63,609 nucleotides of DNA, filler included, from Octopus bimaculoides (GCF_001194135.2; 7 parts of 6 records of this genome joined end to end with filler, not necessarily neighbours in it), one strand, 5' to 3'. Positions 12,200-24,659 are shown, numbered from the whole stretch's first letter. Translations and numbers: made by a program. Notes: generated by a model not told the origin, from the sequence alone.

Positions 12200-13000
12200 G
12201 ATGGAAGGGCCAAAGAAAGTACTTACGGATATGTGAATAGTGTTTTATTTGAATATCTCTGAGACACATATCTAATTAACGAGTAGTTTTCTGTAAGGGA
12301 GAAGTAGATGAAGATACGTTTAGTTGAAGCGTGAACAAATGATAAACAGACGCCAATACGTTCCATCGTAGTTAAGTATCCTGATATTCTATTATCAATG
12401 ATGAGATGCCATGCTAAAACATATACTAGAATAGTATTTATGGAGTGTTATTACGTGTGAGTAATAATTACAAGTTTACTAGTAAAATCCGAAAGCACAA
12501 TTGTTAATGTGGATGTGTCTGGGTTAAAATATTTTTTAGACTTGTAGACTATAGTTGAAGGGGGGTAAATGTGTATTTCAATTAATTCTAGAGTGTAAGA
12601 CATTCATAGACATTAGAAATAAGGTTGAGATCATAAACAATTCTGGTATAAGCAGAAAGTATTCATGTTTCGATACAGGTACTACTTAGAGAACATAATT
12701 TACTGTATGTTGTATTGTAATTACATCAGATTATTAAGTTGTAAAGTATTAACCTAAGAGCCATATGGGTTTATTATAGTTACAATGGGGGTTATACTGG
12801 CTCCTGTGGGGATGGTGGGATAGACATGTAGTATTAATTTTTAGATGTATTTTAATCCATCTAGATGTAGTAGTACTGGTAGTTATAAATATCCAAACAC
12901 ATGGGTGGCTTCTAATGGGTGCTTAAAATTAGTGTTTAAAAGAAATGCATCGAGATTATTGCTAATAAGAATATGGAGTAACATCCCAATGATAAACTGG
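12200..13000 (-). mobile_element. Highly degraded Penelope-like GIY-YIG region (uncertain)
   Basis: Scattered minus-strand motifs (LTEKLLVN resembling CLxEK; TILVYVLAWHL resembling TxLSxYIWxL); many stops. Confidence 0.3.
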
Positions 13001-13113
13001 TGCAATTCGATATTTATATCTATATCTATTTATACCCACACACCTACATACATACACATACACACACGCATATCCATATATACACACTCATATATATACA
13101 CACACACATACAT

Positions 13114-13160
<47 letters not shown>

Positions 13161-13796
13161 NNNNNNNNNNNNNNNNNNNNNNNNNNNNNNNNNNNNNNNN
13201 NNNNNNNNNNNNNNNNNNNNNNNNNNNNNNNNNNNNNNNNNNNNNNNNNNNNNNNNNNNNNNNNNNNNNNNNNNNNNNNNNNNNNNNNNNNNNNNNNNNN
13301 NNNNNNNNNNNNNNNNNNNNNNNNNNNNNNNNNNNNNNNNNNNNNNNNNNNNNNNNNNNNNNNNNNNNNNNNNNNNNNNNNNNNNNNNNNNNNNNNNNNN
13401 NNNNNNNNNNNNNNNNNNNNNNNNNNNNNNNNNNNNNNNNNNNNNNNNNNNNNNNNNNNNNNNNNNNNNNNNNNNNNNNNNNNNNNNNNNNNNNNNNNNN
13501 NNNNNNNNNNNNNNNNNNNNNNNNNNNNNNNNNNNNNNNNNNNNNNNNNNNNNNNNNNNNNNNNNNNNNNNNNNNNNNNNNNNNNNNNNNNNNNNNNNNN
13601 NNNNNNNNNNNNNNNNNNNNNNNNNNNNNNNNNNNNNNNNNNNNNNNNNNNNNNNNNNNNNNNNNNNNNNNNNNNNNNNNNNNNNNNNNNNNNNNNNNNN
13701 NNNNNNNNNNNNNNNNNNNNNNNNNNNNNNNNNNNNNNNNNNNNNNNNNNNNNNNNNNNNNNNNNNNNNNNNNNNNNNNNNNNNNNNNNNNNNNNN

Positions 13797-13857
<61 letters not shown>

Positions 13858-14189
13858 GTGTTGTTAAGCACAAATATTAGGAGAGGAAGAACAAACATAA
13901 TGAATGACATTAGGAAAAGATAGTAATCAATAATTAGTATCTATAATAGGGAAAATATTATTATTCTTATCGGGAGAGGTACTAGCACTAGTAATAGTTA
14001 ATATTAATGATATTGATTGTATTTAGAGAAAGTGTGTTTAGCCTTATGAAGGCAAAAAAAAACATTCTCTCTTTAAGAGAATTAAGAAGAGGAAGATCGC
14101 CCTTAAGCATGAAGAAAATTTCTCTTACACATAACATGCATTCCTTATTCTTAACGTTATATGCCGGTGCCGAGGCTAGGATTTTCCAA

Positions 14190-14340
14190 TGTAGATCATA
14201 TCTAATACCCTGTCCAATGTCTGTTCATCCCTGTATATCACTGACTTGATGAAGATAACTTGGAAGTTTTTATTGCCTCATGGTAGAAACGGCCGTAAGG
14301 GATTAGTACCTGTACACTCATCTATTATTATTCATTTGTC
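14190..14340 (+). mobile_element. Penelope-like terminal-repeat fragment with hammerhead-like motif
   Basis: Homologous to 9660-9800; contains TTGATGA (14246-14252) and GAAAC-GGCC-GTA (14286-14297). Confidence 0.5.
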
Positions 14341-15752
14341 TATATATATATGTGTGTATGTGTGTGCGTGCGTGTGTGTGTGTGTGTGAGTATATGCATG
14401 TATATATAGATATATATTTATGTGCTTATGTATGTATGTATGTATGTATGTATGTACATATGCATCTACATACATGTTTGAATATCCATGTTTGTGCGTG
14501 TGTCAAAGTATATAAATAGTCTTGTTTTAAACAGATATGACTCCAAGAACAATAACACATTAGAAAATTGAGTAAGAACACCATACCTATGTAATCTAAA
14601 CGTCTTTCTAGTTTTTTGTTTTCCTATTTTCGGCTTCTGGCGATAATTTTTTGACAACTCTGGTTCTTGAAATGAATTTATTGTCTTTCTGTATGAAACG
14701 ATTGTATAGCTACATGAATAAAAACAAAATTATCATCCATATTAACATTTAATCTCCTCCATTTATGTAAAATATGATTGAATTTATTGAATCATATACT
14801 CAATACACCAATATAACTTTTCATATCTAAGCTAATTTACACCAGTAAATTAAAGTAAAAAAATGAAAAAACAATGTTAGAAATCCTTTGGAAACCATTC
14901 TAATTAAAGGATGAATTCGCATTCAACCTTATAAAAACTATATATATCAACGTATGTATATATATTCTTCCCATCTTCCACTTCTTTCAGCCATTTNNNN
15001 NNNNNNNNNNNNNNNNNNNNNNNNNNNNNNNNNNNNNNNNNNNNNNNNNNNNNNNNNNNNNNNNNNNNNNNNNNNNNNNNNNNNNNNNNNNNNNNNNNNN
15101 NNNNNNNNNNNNNNNNNNNNNNNNNNNNNNNNNNNNNNNNNNNNNNNNNNNNNNNNNNNNNNNNNNNNNNNNNNNNNNNNNNNNNNNNNNNNNNNNNNNN
15201 NNNNNNNNNNNNNNNNNNNNNNNNNNNNNNNNNNNNNNNNNNNNNNNNNNNNNNNNNNNNNNNNNNNNNNNNNNNNNNNNNNNNNNNNNNNNNNNNNNNN
15301 NNNNNNNNNNNNNNNNNNNNNNNNNNNNNNNNNNNNNNNNNNNNNNNNNNNNNNNNNNNNNNNNNNNNNNNNNNNNNNNNNNNNNNNNNNNNNNNNNNNN
15401 NNNNNNNNNNNNNNNNNNNNNNNNNNNNNNNNNNNNNNNNNNNNNNNNNNNNNNNNNNNNNNNNNNNNNNNNNNNNNNNNNNNNNNNNNNNNNNNNNNNN
15501 NNNNNNNNNNNNNNNNNNNNNNNNNNNNNNNNNNNNNNNNNNNNNNNNNNNNNNNNNNNNNNNNNNNNNNNNNNNNNNNNNNNNNNNNNNNNNNNNNNNN
15601 NNNNNNNNNNNNNNNNNNNNNNNNNNNNNNNNNNNNNNNNNNNNNNNNNNNNNNNNNNNNNNNNNNNNNNNNNNNNNNNNNNNNNNNNNNNNNNNNNNNN
15701 NNNNNNNNNNNNNNNNNNNNNNNNNNNNNNNNNNNNATATATATATATATAG

Positions 15753-15786
<34 letters not shown>

Positions 15787-15900
15787 CGCAATTAAGGATA
15801 AACAGACAGACGAACTATCTTATGGGTGGATGGAGGGATGGATGCATAAAAAATTAAATGATAGGTAGATGGATATATAATGAAAATATTCATACACTAC

Positions 15901-16030
15901 TATTGTGTGAGAGAGCACCGCATGGCATCAAAGTGATACTGGGGTAAAATATACGAAGCCCTATATACCAATCATAACTACCTGTCTGATAAGTATACAC
16001 CAGGCACATGCGTCACAACCATATGTTCGA
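15901..16030 (-). mobile_element. 3' end of an unclassified retroposon family X (AAT-tailed)
   Basis: Reverse complement of gtgacgcatgtgcctggtgta..cttatc...gtcactttgatg..gctctctcac; copies at 40575-41060 (+) and 61812-61930 (+). Confidence 0.75.
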
Positions 16031-16033
16031 ACT

Positions 16034-16633
16034 TTGAAACGTTGTTTGAAATGTTTCAGACAGATATTTCCTCAGCCGCCTATTGTAGACTTTAAATGGA
16101 ATAAAACTATAAGAGAAATATTAACCTCTACTGTTGACTCCACTAACACGGGAGCATCTGCATGCTGTACCTTAAAGAACAGCCGCAAGAGAGGTAAGCC
16201 CTGTTCATTGTGCAACAACATGAGTCAAGTGAATTCCATCAGGAATCATAACAGAAATGTTATGATTTATACAGAAGATGGGACATGTAAAGATTCCCAT
16301 TTGGTGTACGCGGCAGAATGCACGAAACACAACTTGATTTATGTTGGTTGTACAACAGAACAATTAAACAAAAGATTTAATGGGCACAAATATGACGTCA
16401 GGTACAATAAAAGTAGTTCGATAGAACTTATTGAACATTTTGCATCAAACAGCTGCAATTTTGAAAAAGACTCGAAAGTGAATATTCTCAGAAAATATTC
16501 TGAATCTTCTACACTTTCAGTGCTCAAAATGCAAAAAGGGAAATATGTTTGTGGGTTATTAACGTCACGCCCTGGAGAAATGATCAAAATGACAGGGGAA
16601 TTTTCTCATATTTACACAAAAGTGTTCGATTAA
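16034..16633 (+). mobile_element. Penelope-like element C-terminal GIY-YIG endonuclease fragment (uninterrupted ~199-codon ORF)
   Basis: GKPCSLC...CKDSHLVYAAECTKHNLIYVGCTTEQLNKRFNGHK...LIEHF: upstream CxxC, VYxxxC, YVG, RFxxH as in PLE GIY-YIG domains; ends ...FSHIYTKVFD*. Confidence 0.85.
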
Positions 16634-16696
16634 ATATTCTTTTTTCTTTTATTTTATTTTCTTTTCCTCCTTTTTCTTTCTTTTTGCCTGTTGTGC

Positions 16697-17213
<517 letters not shown>

Positions 17214-17313
17214 NNNNNNNNNNNNNNNNNNNNNNNNNNNNNNNNNNNNNNNNNNNNTTAATTAATTAANNNNNNNNNNNNNNNNNNNNNNNNNNNNNNN
17301 NNNNNNNNNNNNN

Positions 17314-20300
17314 AATGAGGCAATTAGAAGCATGGAAGAGGCAATTAGAAGCACGCTGAAGCAATTAGAGGCATGGATGAGTCAATTGAAAGCATGGTTG
17401 TGGCCATTCAAAGAATGGATGAGGCAATTAGAAGCATGGATGAGGCAACTAATAGCCTAGTGGAAGCAATTAGAAACATGGTTGAGGCAAGTAGAAGCGT
17501 GGAAGAGGTAATTAGAAGCATGGATGCTGGAATTAGAAGAATGGATGAGGCTATTGAAAGCATGGAAGAGGCAATTTGAAGCATGGGAGAGGCAATTAGG
17601 AGCATAGATGAGGAAAAATAGAAGCATGGCTGTGGCCATTCAAAGAATGGACGAGGCAATTAGAAGCATGGATGAGACGTTTAGAAGCATGGGAGAGGCA
17701 ATTAGAAGCATGGATGAAGTAATTAGGGGCATGGAAGAGGCAATTAGACGCACGCTGAAGCAATTAGTGTCATGGACGAGGCTATTAAAGGCATGGATGA
17801 GAGAATTAGAAGCACTGTTGAGGCAATTAGAAACACGGATGATGTAAGTAGAAGCATGGAAGAGGTAACTAGAAGTTTGGATGAGGCAATTAGAAGCATG
17901 ACTGAGGCAATTAAAAGCAGGGAGGAAGCAATTAGAAGCATGGAAGAGGCAATTAGAAGCATTGCTGGAGCAATTAGAAGCATGGAAGAGGCAATTAGAA
18001 GCATTGCTGGAGCAATTAGAAGCATGGATGAGGCAATTAGAATAATTGCTGACGCAATTAGAAGCATGGATGAGGCAATGAGAATCATGCATGCAAGAGG
18101 CAATTAGAAGCATGGAAGATGCAATTAGAAGCATGGATGAGGCAATTAGAAGCATGTAAGAGGCAATTAGAAGCATGACTGAGGCAATTAAAAGCAGGGA
18201 GGAAGCAATTAGAAGCATGGATGAGGCAATTGGAAGTATGGCTGACGTAATTAGAAGCATGGGAGAGGCAATTCAAAGCATTGATGAGGGAATTAGAAGC
18301 ATGGAAGAGGTTATTAGAAGACTGGATGAGGCAATTAGAATCATGGATGAGGCAATTAGAAGTATGGAAGAAGCAATTAAAAGCATGGATGAGGCAAATA
18401 GAAGCAGGTAAGTGGCAATTAGAAGCAGGTTTGAGGCAACGCGATGCATGGCTGAGGCATTTCGAATCATTGNNNNNNNNNNNNNNNNNNNNNNNNNNNN
18501 NNNNNNNNNNNNNNNNNNNNNNNNNNNNNNNNNNNNNNNNNNNNNNNNNNNNNNNNNNNNNNNNNNNNNNNNNNNNNNNNNNNNNNNNNNNNNNNNNNNN
18601 NNNNNNNNNNNNNNNNNNNNNNNNNNNNNNNNNNNNNNNNNNNNNNNNNNNNNNNNNNNNNNNNNNNNNNNNNNNNNNNNNNNNNNNNNNNNNNNNNNNN
18701 NNNNNNNNNNNNNNNNNNNNNNNNNNNNNNNNNNNNNNNNNNNNNNNNNNNNNNNNNNNNNNNNNNNNNNNNNNNNNNNNNNNNNNNNNNNNNNNNNNNN
18801 NNNNNNNNNNNNNNNNNNNNNNNNNNNNNNNNNNNNNNNNNNNNNNNNNNNNNNNNNNNNNNNNNNNNNNNNNNNNNNNNNNNNNNNNNNNNNNNNNNNN
18901 NNNNNNNNNNNNNNNNNNNNNNNNNNNNCATTCAAAGAATGGATGAGGCAATTAGAAGCATGGATGAGACAATTAGAAGACTGGATGAGGCAATTAGAAG
19001 CATAGCTGAGGTCATTCAAAGAATGGATGAGGCAATTAGAATCATGGATGAGGCAATTAGAAGTATGGAAGAAGCAATTAAAAGCATGGATGAGGCAAAT
19101 AGAAGCAGGTAAGTGGCAATTAGAAGCAGGTTTGAGGCAACGCGATGCATGGCTGAGGCATTTCGAATCATTGGTGAGGCAATTAGAAACATGGTTGAGG
19201 CAATTAGAAGCCGGGATGAGGCAATTAGAAGCATGGATGAGACAATTAGAAGCATAGACGAGACAACTGAAGCATGGATGAGACAATTAGAAGCATGTAA
19301 GAGGCAATTAGAAGCACAGCTGAGGTCATTCAAAGAATGGATGAGGCTATTAGAATCATGGATGAGGCAATTAGAAGTATGGAAGAAGCAATTAAAAGCA
19401 TGGATGAGGCAAATAGAAGCAGGTAAGTGGCAATTAGAAGCAGGTTTGAGGCAACGCGATGCATGGCTGAGGCATTTCGAATCATTGCTGAGGCAATTAG
19501 AAGCATGGAAGAAGCAATTAGAAGCATGGCTGTGGCAATTAGAAGCATGGAAGAGGCAATGAGAATCATGACTGAGGCAATTAAAAGCAGGGAGGAAGCA
19601 ATTAGAAGCATGAATGAGGCAATTGGAAGTATGGCTGACGTAATTAGAAGCATGGGAGAGGCAATTCAAAGCATTGATGAGGGAATTAGAGGCATGGAAG
19701 AGGTTATTAGAAGACTGGATGAGGCAATTAGAAGCATGGCTGAGGTTATTCAAAGAATGGATGAGGCAATTAGAATCATGGATGAGGCAATTAGAAGCAT
19801 GGAAGTGGCAATTAGAAGCATGGATGAGGCAATTAGAAGCATGGATGAGGCAATTAGAAGCATGGAAGAGGCAATTAGAAGCACGCTGAAGCAATTAGAG
19901 GCATGGATGAGTCAATTGAAAGCATGGCTGTGGCCATTCAAAGAATGGATGAGGCAATTAGAAGCATGGATGAGACAATTAGAAGCATGGACGAGGCAAT
20001 TAGAAGCATTGCTGGAGCAATTAGAAGCACGGAAGAGGCAATTAGAAGCATTGCTGGAACAATTAGAAGCATGGATGGGGCAATTAGAATAATTGCTGAC
20101 GCAATTAGAAGCATGGAAGAGGCAATTAGAATCATGGATGAGGCAATTAGAAGTATGGAAGAAGCAATTAAAAGCTTGAAAGAAGCAATTAAAAGCATGA
20201 ATGAGGCAAATAGAAGCAGGTAAGTGGCAATTAGATGCAGGTTTGAGGCAAAGCGATGCATGGCTGAGGCATTTCGAATCATTGCTGAGGCAATTAGAAA

Positions 20301-20798
20301 CATGGATGAGGCAATTAGAAGCCGGGATGAGGCAATTAGAAGCACAGCTGAGGCAATTACAAGCATGGATGAGACAATTAGAAGCATAGATGAGGCAATT
20401 GAAGCATTGAAGAGGCTTTTAGAAGCATGGCTGTGGCAATTAGAAGCATGGAAGATGCAATTAGAAGCATGGATGAGGCAATTAGAAGCATGGAAGAGGC
20501 AATTAGAAGCATGGAAGATGCAATTAGAAGCATGGATGAGGCAATTAGAAGCATGGAAGAGGCAATTAGAAGCATGGAAGAGGCAATTAGAAGCATGACT
20601 GAGGCAATTAAAAGCAGGGAGGAAGCAATTAGAAGCATGGATGAGGCAATTGGATGTATGGCTGACGAAATTAGAAGCATGTGAGAGGCAATTCAAAGCA
20701 TTGATGAGGGAATTAGAAGCATGGAAGAGGCAATTAGAAGCATGGATGAGGCACTCCGGAGGGTGGGTGGGTAATTAGAAGCATGGCTGTGGCCATTC
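17314..20798. repeat. 21-bp minisatellite/satellite, consensus ATGGATGAGGCAATTAGAAGC, with higher-order blocks; both ends and 18473-18928 are gaps
   Basis: Seen directly; reads (MDEAIRS)n/(WMRQLEA)n on + and (HASNCLI)n/(LLIASSM)n on -, with frequent stops and frameshifts. Confidence 0.95.
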
Positions 20799-21064
20799 NN
20801 NNNNNNNNNNNNNNNNNNNNNNNNNNNNNNNNNNNNNNNNNNTTAATTAATTAANNNNNNNNNNNNNNNNNNNNNNNNNNNNNNNNNNNNNNNNNNNNTT
20901 ATATTCCTGCAGAACTAATGTGGGGTATAGAATATGGAATATACAATATATAATATAATATACAATATATAATATAAAATAAAATAAAAATGGATGGCAC
21001 CATGAAATAAAGTATTGAATGTAGATGAAATATTGAGTGTTCAATATAAAGGATCAAATATATA

Positions 21065-21098
<34 letters not shown>

Positions 21099-21100
21099 AA

Positions 21101-21140
21101 GGCGACTCGAGTTTCAGGGCTATTTCCCTTCGTCATGGCC
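21101..21140 (-). ncRNA. Minimal type-I hammerhead ribozyme-like motif
   Basis: Minus strand GGC-C-A-UGACGA-AGGG-aaauag-CCCU-GAAA-C-ucga-G-UC-GCC: stem II 4 bp, stem III C-G with palindromic UCGA loop, GUC site, stem I GGC/GCC; one extra A after C3. Confidence 0.65.
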
Positions 21141-21160
21141 GGTATGACAATCTTTATATA

Positions 21161-21194
<34 letters not shown>

Positions 21195-21343
21195 ACTATA
21201 TACATATATGTATACACATACACTCGCAGGCATACACAAACATACACACACATACACATATATATATTTTACAACTATACCGTTATAAATATATGTCTTC
21301 AGGTATAAGTGTATGCATGCATGTATGCTTATGTGTACATATA

Positions 21344-22080
21344 CAGGGTGACACAGAATTCTCTGGTGGGTTTTAATTTTTAACAGTTCCCTTGTTTTTA
21401 GAAATTAGTGCAAGACATTTTAGTTCAGTATAGAAGAGAGAATGACATATTAATTTGCAATTGTTCTTTTTCATCATACGTATGAAAAAATGACATTTTT
21501 TAAATGGCGTCCATTTTTTAGTTTCACACTTTACGAGGTGCAATTCTGAAAGTTCCAAAACGACAATTTTATCTCTTGACGAACCCATTCAGATGAAACT
21601 GAGCTTCAGAAGACATGAGCAATGTTAATGTAATTTTTGTGTCAATTCGTGCCAATTCCTGGATTCTGACAGCATTTTGGAACCTGTGTTCATAGTCTTG
21701 GGGCTTCAACTGTTAGACCTACCGTACCTTGTATGGAAAAAGGTTAAGGCTACTGAGAACTCTTTACAACGAAATCTCATGTTGTCCGGACCGCCGTTAA
21801 GTTGACGTGCCCGGTTTCTGTTCAATATTCTCTAGCACTCGTTCCCTTGCCTTATTGGTTGTGACTGTGCGGGATCTCCCAGATCGGGGTGATCATTTAC
21901 TGCCTCTTGTTTTTCCGTGCGACAAACTAAGTTCCTACATGTGTATTTTTCACTTCAAAATGCCAACGATATGCTCTCTGGTTTGAATGATTGACTCCTA
22001 ATTTTGATAGAACAATTTCACCACATGGGTGCATTGTGCGGTGCCATATTTTTCTATGATTGATTTCCAGGATCTAGTCC
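21344..22080 (-). mobile_element. Tc1/mariner (rosa/DD41D-like) transposon, internally deleted and degraded
   Basis: TA+CAGGGTG terminus at 21342-21350. Minus-strand transposase motifs, with frameshifts: PRSGRSRTVTT..RERVLENIEQKPGTST, LFPYKV..QLKPQDYEHR, LLMSSEAQFHLNGFV..*NCRF, then immediately the C-terminal NGRHLKNVIF. Subfamily is inference. Confidence 0.8.
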
Positions 22081-23147
22081 ATAAAAATCTCCGAAAAGAA
22101 AAGAAAAGAAAAGAAAAATGTCAAAAAATAAAAGAATTATCAAAATTTGCAATCTCTCAGTGACTTTNNNNNNNNNNNNNNNNNNNNNNNNNNNNNNNNN
22201 NNNNNNNNNNNNNNNNNNNNNNNNNNNNNNNNNNNNNNNNNNNNNNNNNNNNNNNNNNNNNNNNNNNNNNNNNNNNNNNNNNNNNNNNNNNNNNNNNNNN
22301 NNNNNNNNNNNNNNNNNNNNNNNNNNNNNNNNNNNNNNNNNNNNNNNNNNNNNNNNNNNNNNNNNNNNNNNNNNNNNNNNNNNNNNNNNNNNNNNNNNNN
22401 NNNNNNNNNNNNNNNNNNNNNNNNNNNNNNNNNNNNNNNNNNNNNNNNNNNNNNNNNNNNNNNNNNNNNNNNNNNNNNNNNNNNNNNNNNNNNNNNNNNN
22501 NNNNNNNNNNNNNNNNNNNNNNNNNNNNNNNNNNNNNNNNNNNNNNNNNNNNNNNNNNNNNNNNNNNNNNNNNNNNNNNNNNNNNNNNNNNNNNNNNNNN
22601 NNNNNNNNNNNNNNNNNNNNNNNNNNNNNNNNNNNNNNNNNNNNNNNNNNNNNNNNNNNNNNNNNNNNNNNNNNNNNNNNNNNNNNNNNNNNNNNNNNNN
22701 NNNNNNNNNNNNNNNNNNNNTGTGTGTGTGTGTGTTATATAATATATTCTTGAGAGGTGTCAATGTATTCTCAGCCACATGAGTCGTCGTGTGAGTCTCA
22801 GTGTCTTTCATCTACAATCTCACGAAATGGCAAATGGTCGTTGACGGTTCTTTTTTTTTTCTTTTTTTTTTTCGAAACTAAATAATGTCATTCTCCTACT
22901 AAATCAGATGGATTACGCATGGGAGCATATGTGTGTGCTTATTCATACGTATATTTGTTTAAAGGTGTGTGCGTGTGTGTATGTGTGTGTGTGTATGTGT
23001 GTGCATGTCTGTGTATGTATTTGTGTGTGTGATTGTATGAGTGTGTATGCGTGTGTCTATATATATGTATCTGTGTGTGCGTGAGAGATAGAGAGGTTAC
23101 ATGCATATCTCTCTCTATATATATACATATATAGACATATATAGTTT

Positions 23148-23148
<1 letters not shown>

Positions 23149-23198
<50 letters not shown>

Positions 23199-23199
23199 C

Positions 23200-23239
<40 letters not shown>
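23149..23239. repeat. (GATA)n microsatellite (others at ~37301-37366, 45468-45548, 59850-59955)
   Basis: Seen directly. Confidence 0.95.
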
Positions 23240-24101
23240 NNNNNNNNNNNNNNNNNNNNNNNNNNNNNNNNNNNNNNNNNNNNNNNNNNNNNNNNNNNNN
23301 NNNNNNNNNNNNNNNNNNNNNNNNNNNNNNNNNNNNNNNNNNNNNNNNNNNNNNNNNNNNNNNNNNNNNNNNNNNNNNNNNNNNNNNNNNNNNNNNNNNN
23401 NNNNNNNNNNNNNNNNNNNNNNNNNNNNNNNNNNNNNNNNNNNNNNNNNNNNNNNNNNNNNNNNNNNNNNNNNNNNNNNNNNNNNNNNNNNNNNNNNNNN
23501 NNNNNNNNNNNNNNNNNNNNNNNNNNNNNNNNNNNNNNNNNNNNNNNNNNNNNNNNNNNNNNNNNNNNNNNNNNNNNNNNNNNNNNNNNNNNNNNNNNNN
23601 NNNNNNNNNNNNNNNNNNNNNNNNNNNNNNNNNNNNNNNNNNNNNNNNNNNNNNNNNNNNNNNNNNNNNNNNNNNNNNNNNNNNNNNNNNNNNNNNNNNN
23701 NNNNNNNNNNNNNNNNNNNNNNNNNNNNNNNNNNNNNNNNNNNNNNNNNNNNNNNNNNNNNNNNNNNNNNNNNNNNNNNNNNNNNNNNNNNNNNNNNNNN
23801 NNNNNNNNNNNNNNNNNNNNNNNNNNNNNNNNNNNNNNNNNNNNNNNNNNNNNNNNNNNNNNNNNNNNNNNNNNNNNNNNNNNNNNNNNNNNNNNNNNNN
23901 NNNNNNNNNNNNNNNNNNNNNNNNNNNNNNNNNNNNNNNNNNNNNNNNNNNNNNNNNNNNNNNNNNNNNNNNNNNNNNNNNNNNNNNNNNNNNNNNNNNN
24001 NNNNNNNNNNNNNNNNNNNNNNNNNNNNNNNNNNNNNNNNNNNNNNNNNNNNNNNNNNNNNNNNNNNNNNNNNNNNNNNNNNNNNNNNNNNNNNNNNNNN
24101 N

Positions 24102-24330
24102 NTCTTTTCTTTATCTTTTACTTCTTTCAGTCATTAGACTGCAGCCATGCTGGAGCACCGCCTTGAAGGATTTTGGTCGAACGAATAGACCCCAGTACTT
24201 TTTTATTCCTTTTCACTTGGTACCTATTCAATCGTTCACTTTTTGCCGAACCACTAGGTTATGAGGACGTAAACACACCAAAAACGGTTGTCAAGTGATA
24301 GTGGGGACAAATACAGACAGAAAGACACTC
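24102..24330 (-). mobile_element. SINE family A, 3' half
   Basis: tcagtcattagactgcagccatgctggagcaccgcc...gccgaaccactagg...ggttgtcaagtg = reverse complement of the family A tail. Confidence 0.85.
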
Positions 24331-24339
24331 ACACGCACA

Positions 24340-24388
<49 letters not shown>

Positions 24389-24659
24389 ACGCACACGCAC
24401 AGAAAATTTCCATTGTTTGATGCTAACGTTTTGACTTCTTTGAAGCATCCTTGGAAGTAGATAAGAGATGCTTGAGTGTATCGATAGAGCCCAATTATAT
24501 ATATATAATTATATATATATATAATTATATACATGTATTTTTTATATAATATACATACATGCATGCTTGCACGCATACATACATACATACATACATACAT
24601 ACATGCACGTAGCATACACACAGTGTTGTGAATATATGATTAGGTTAACGAGTGCATAC

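Noticed and set aside
17373-20696. Calling the MDEAIRS/HASNCLI ORFs a protein-coding gene
   Set aside because: Open in several frames on both strands, with frame-shifting units and stops; treated as satellite and kept only as a finding.
17314-20798. CRISPR-like array
   Set aside because: Contiguous degenerate units with no unique spacers; eukaryotic context; no cas genes.
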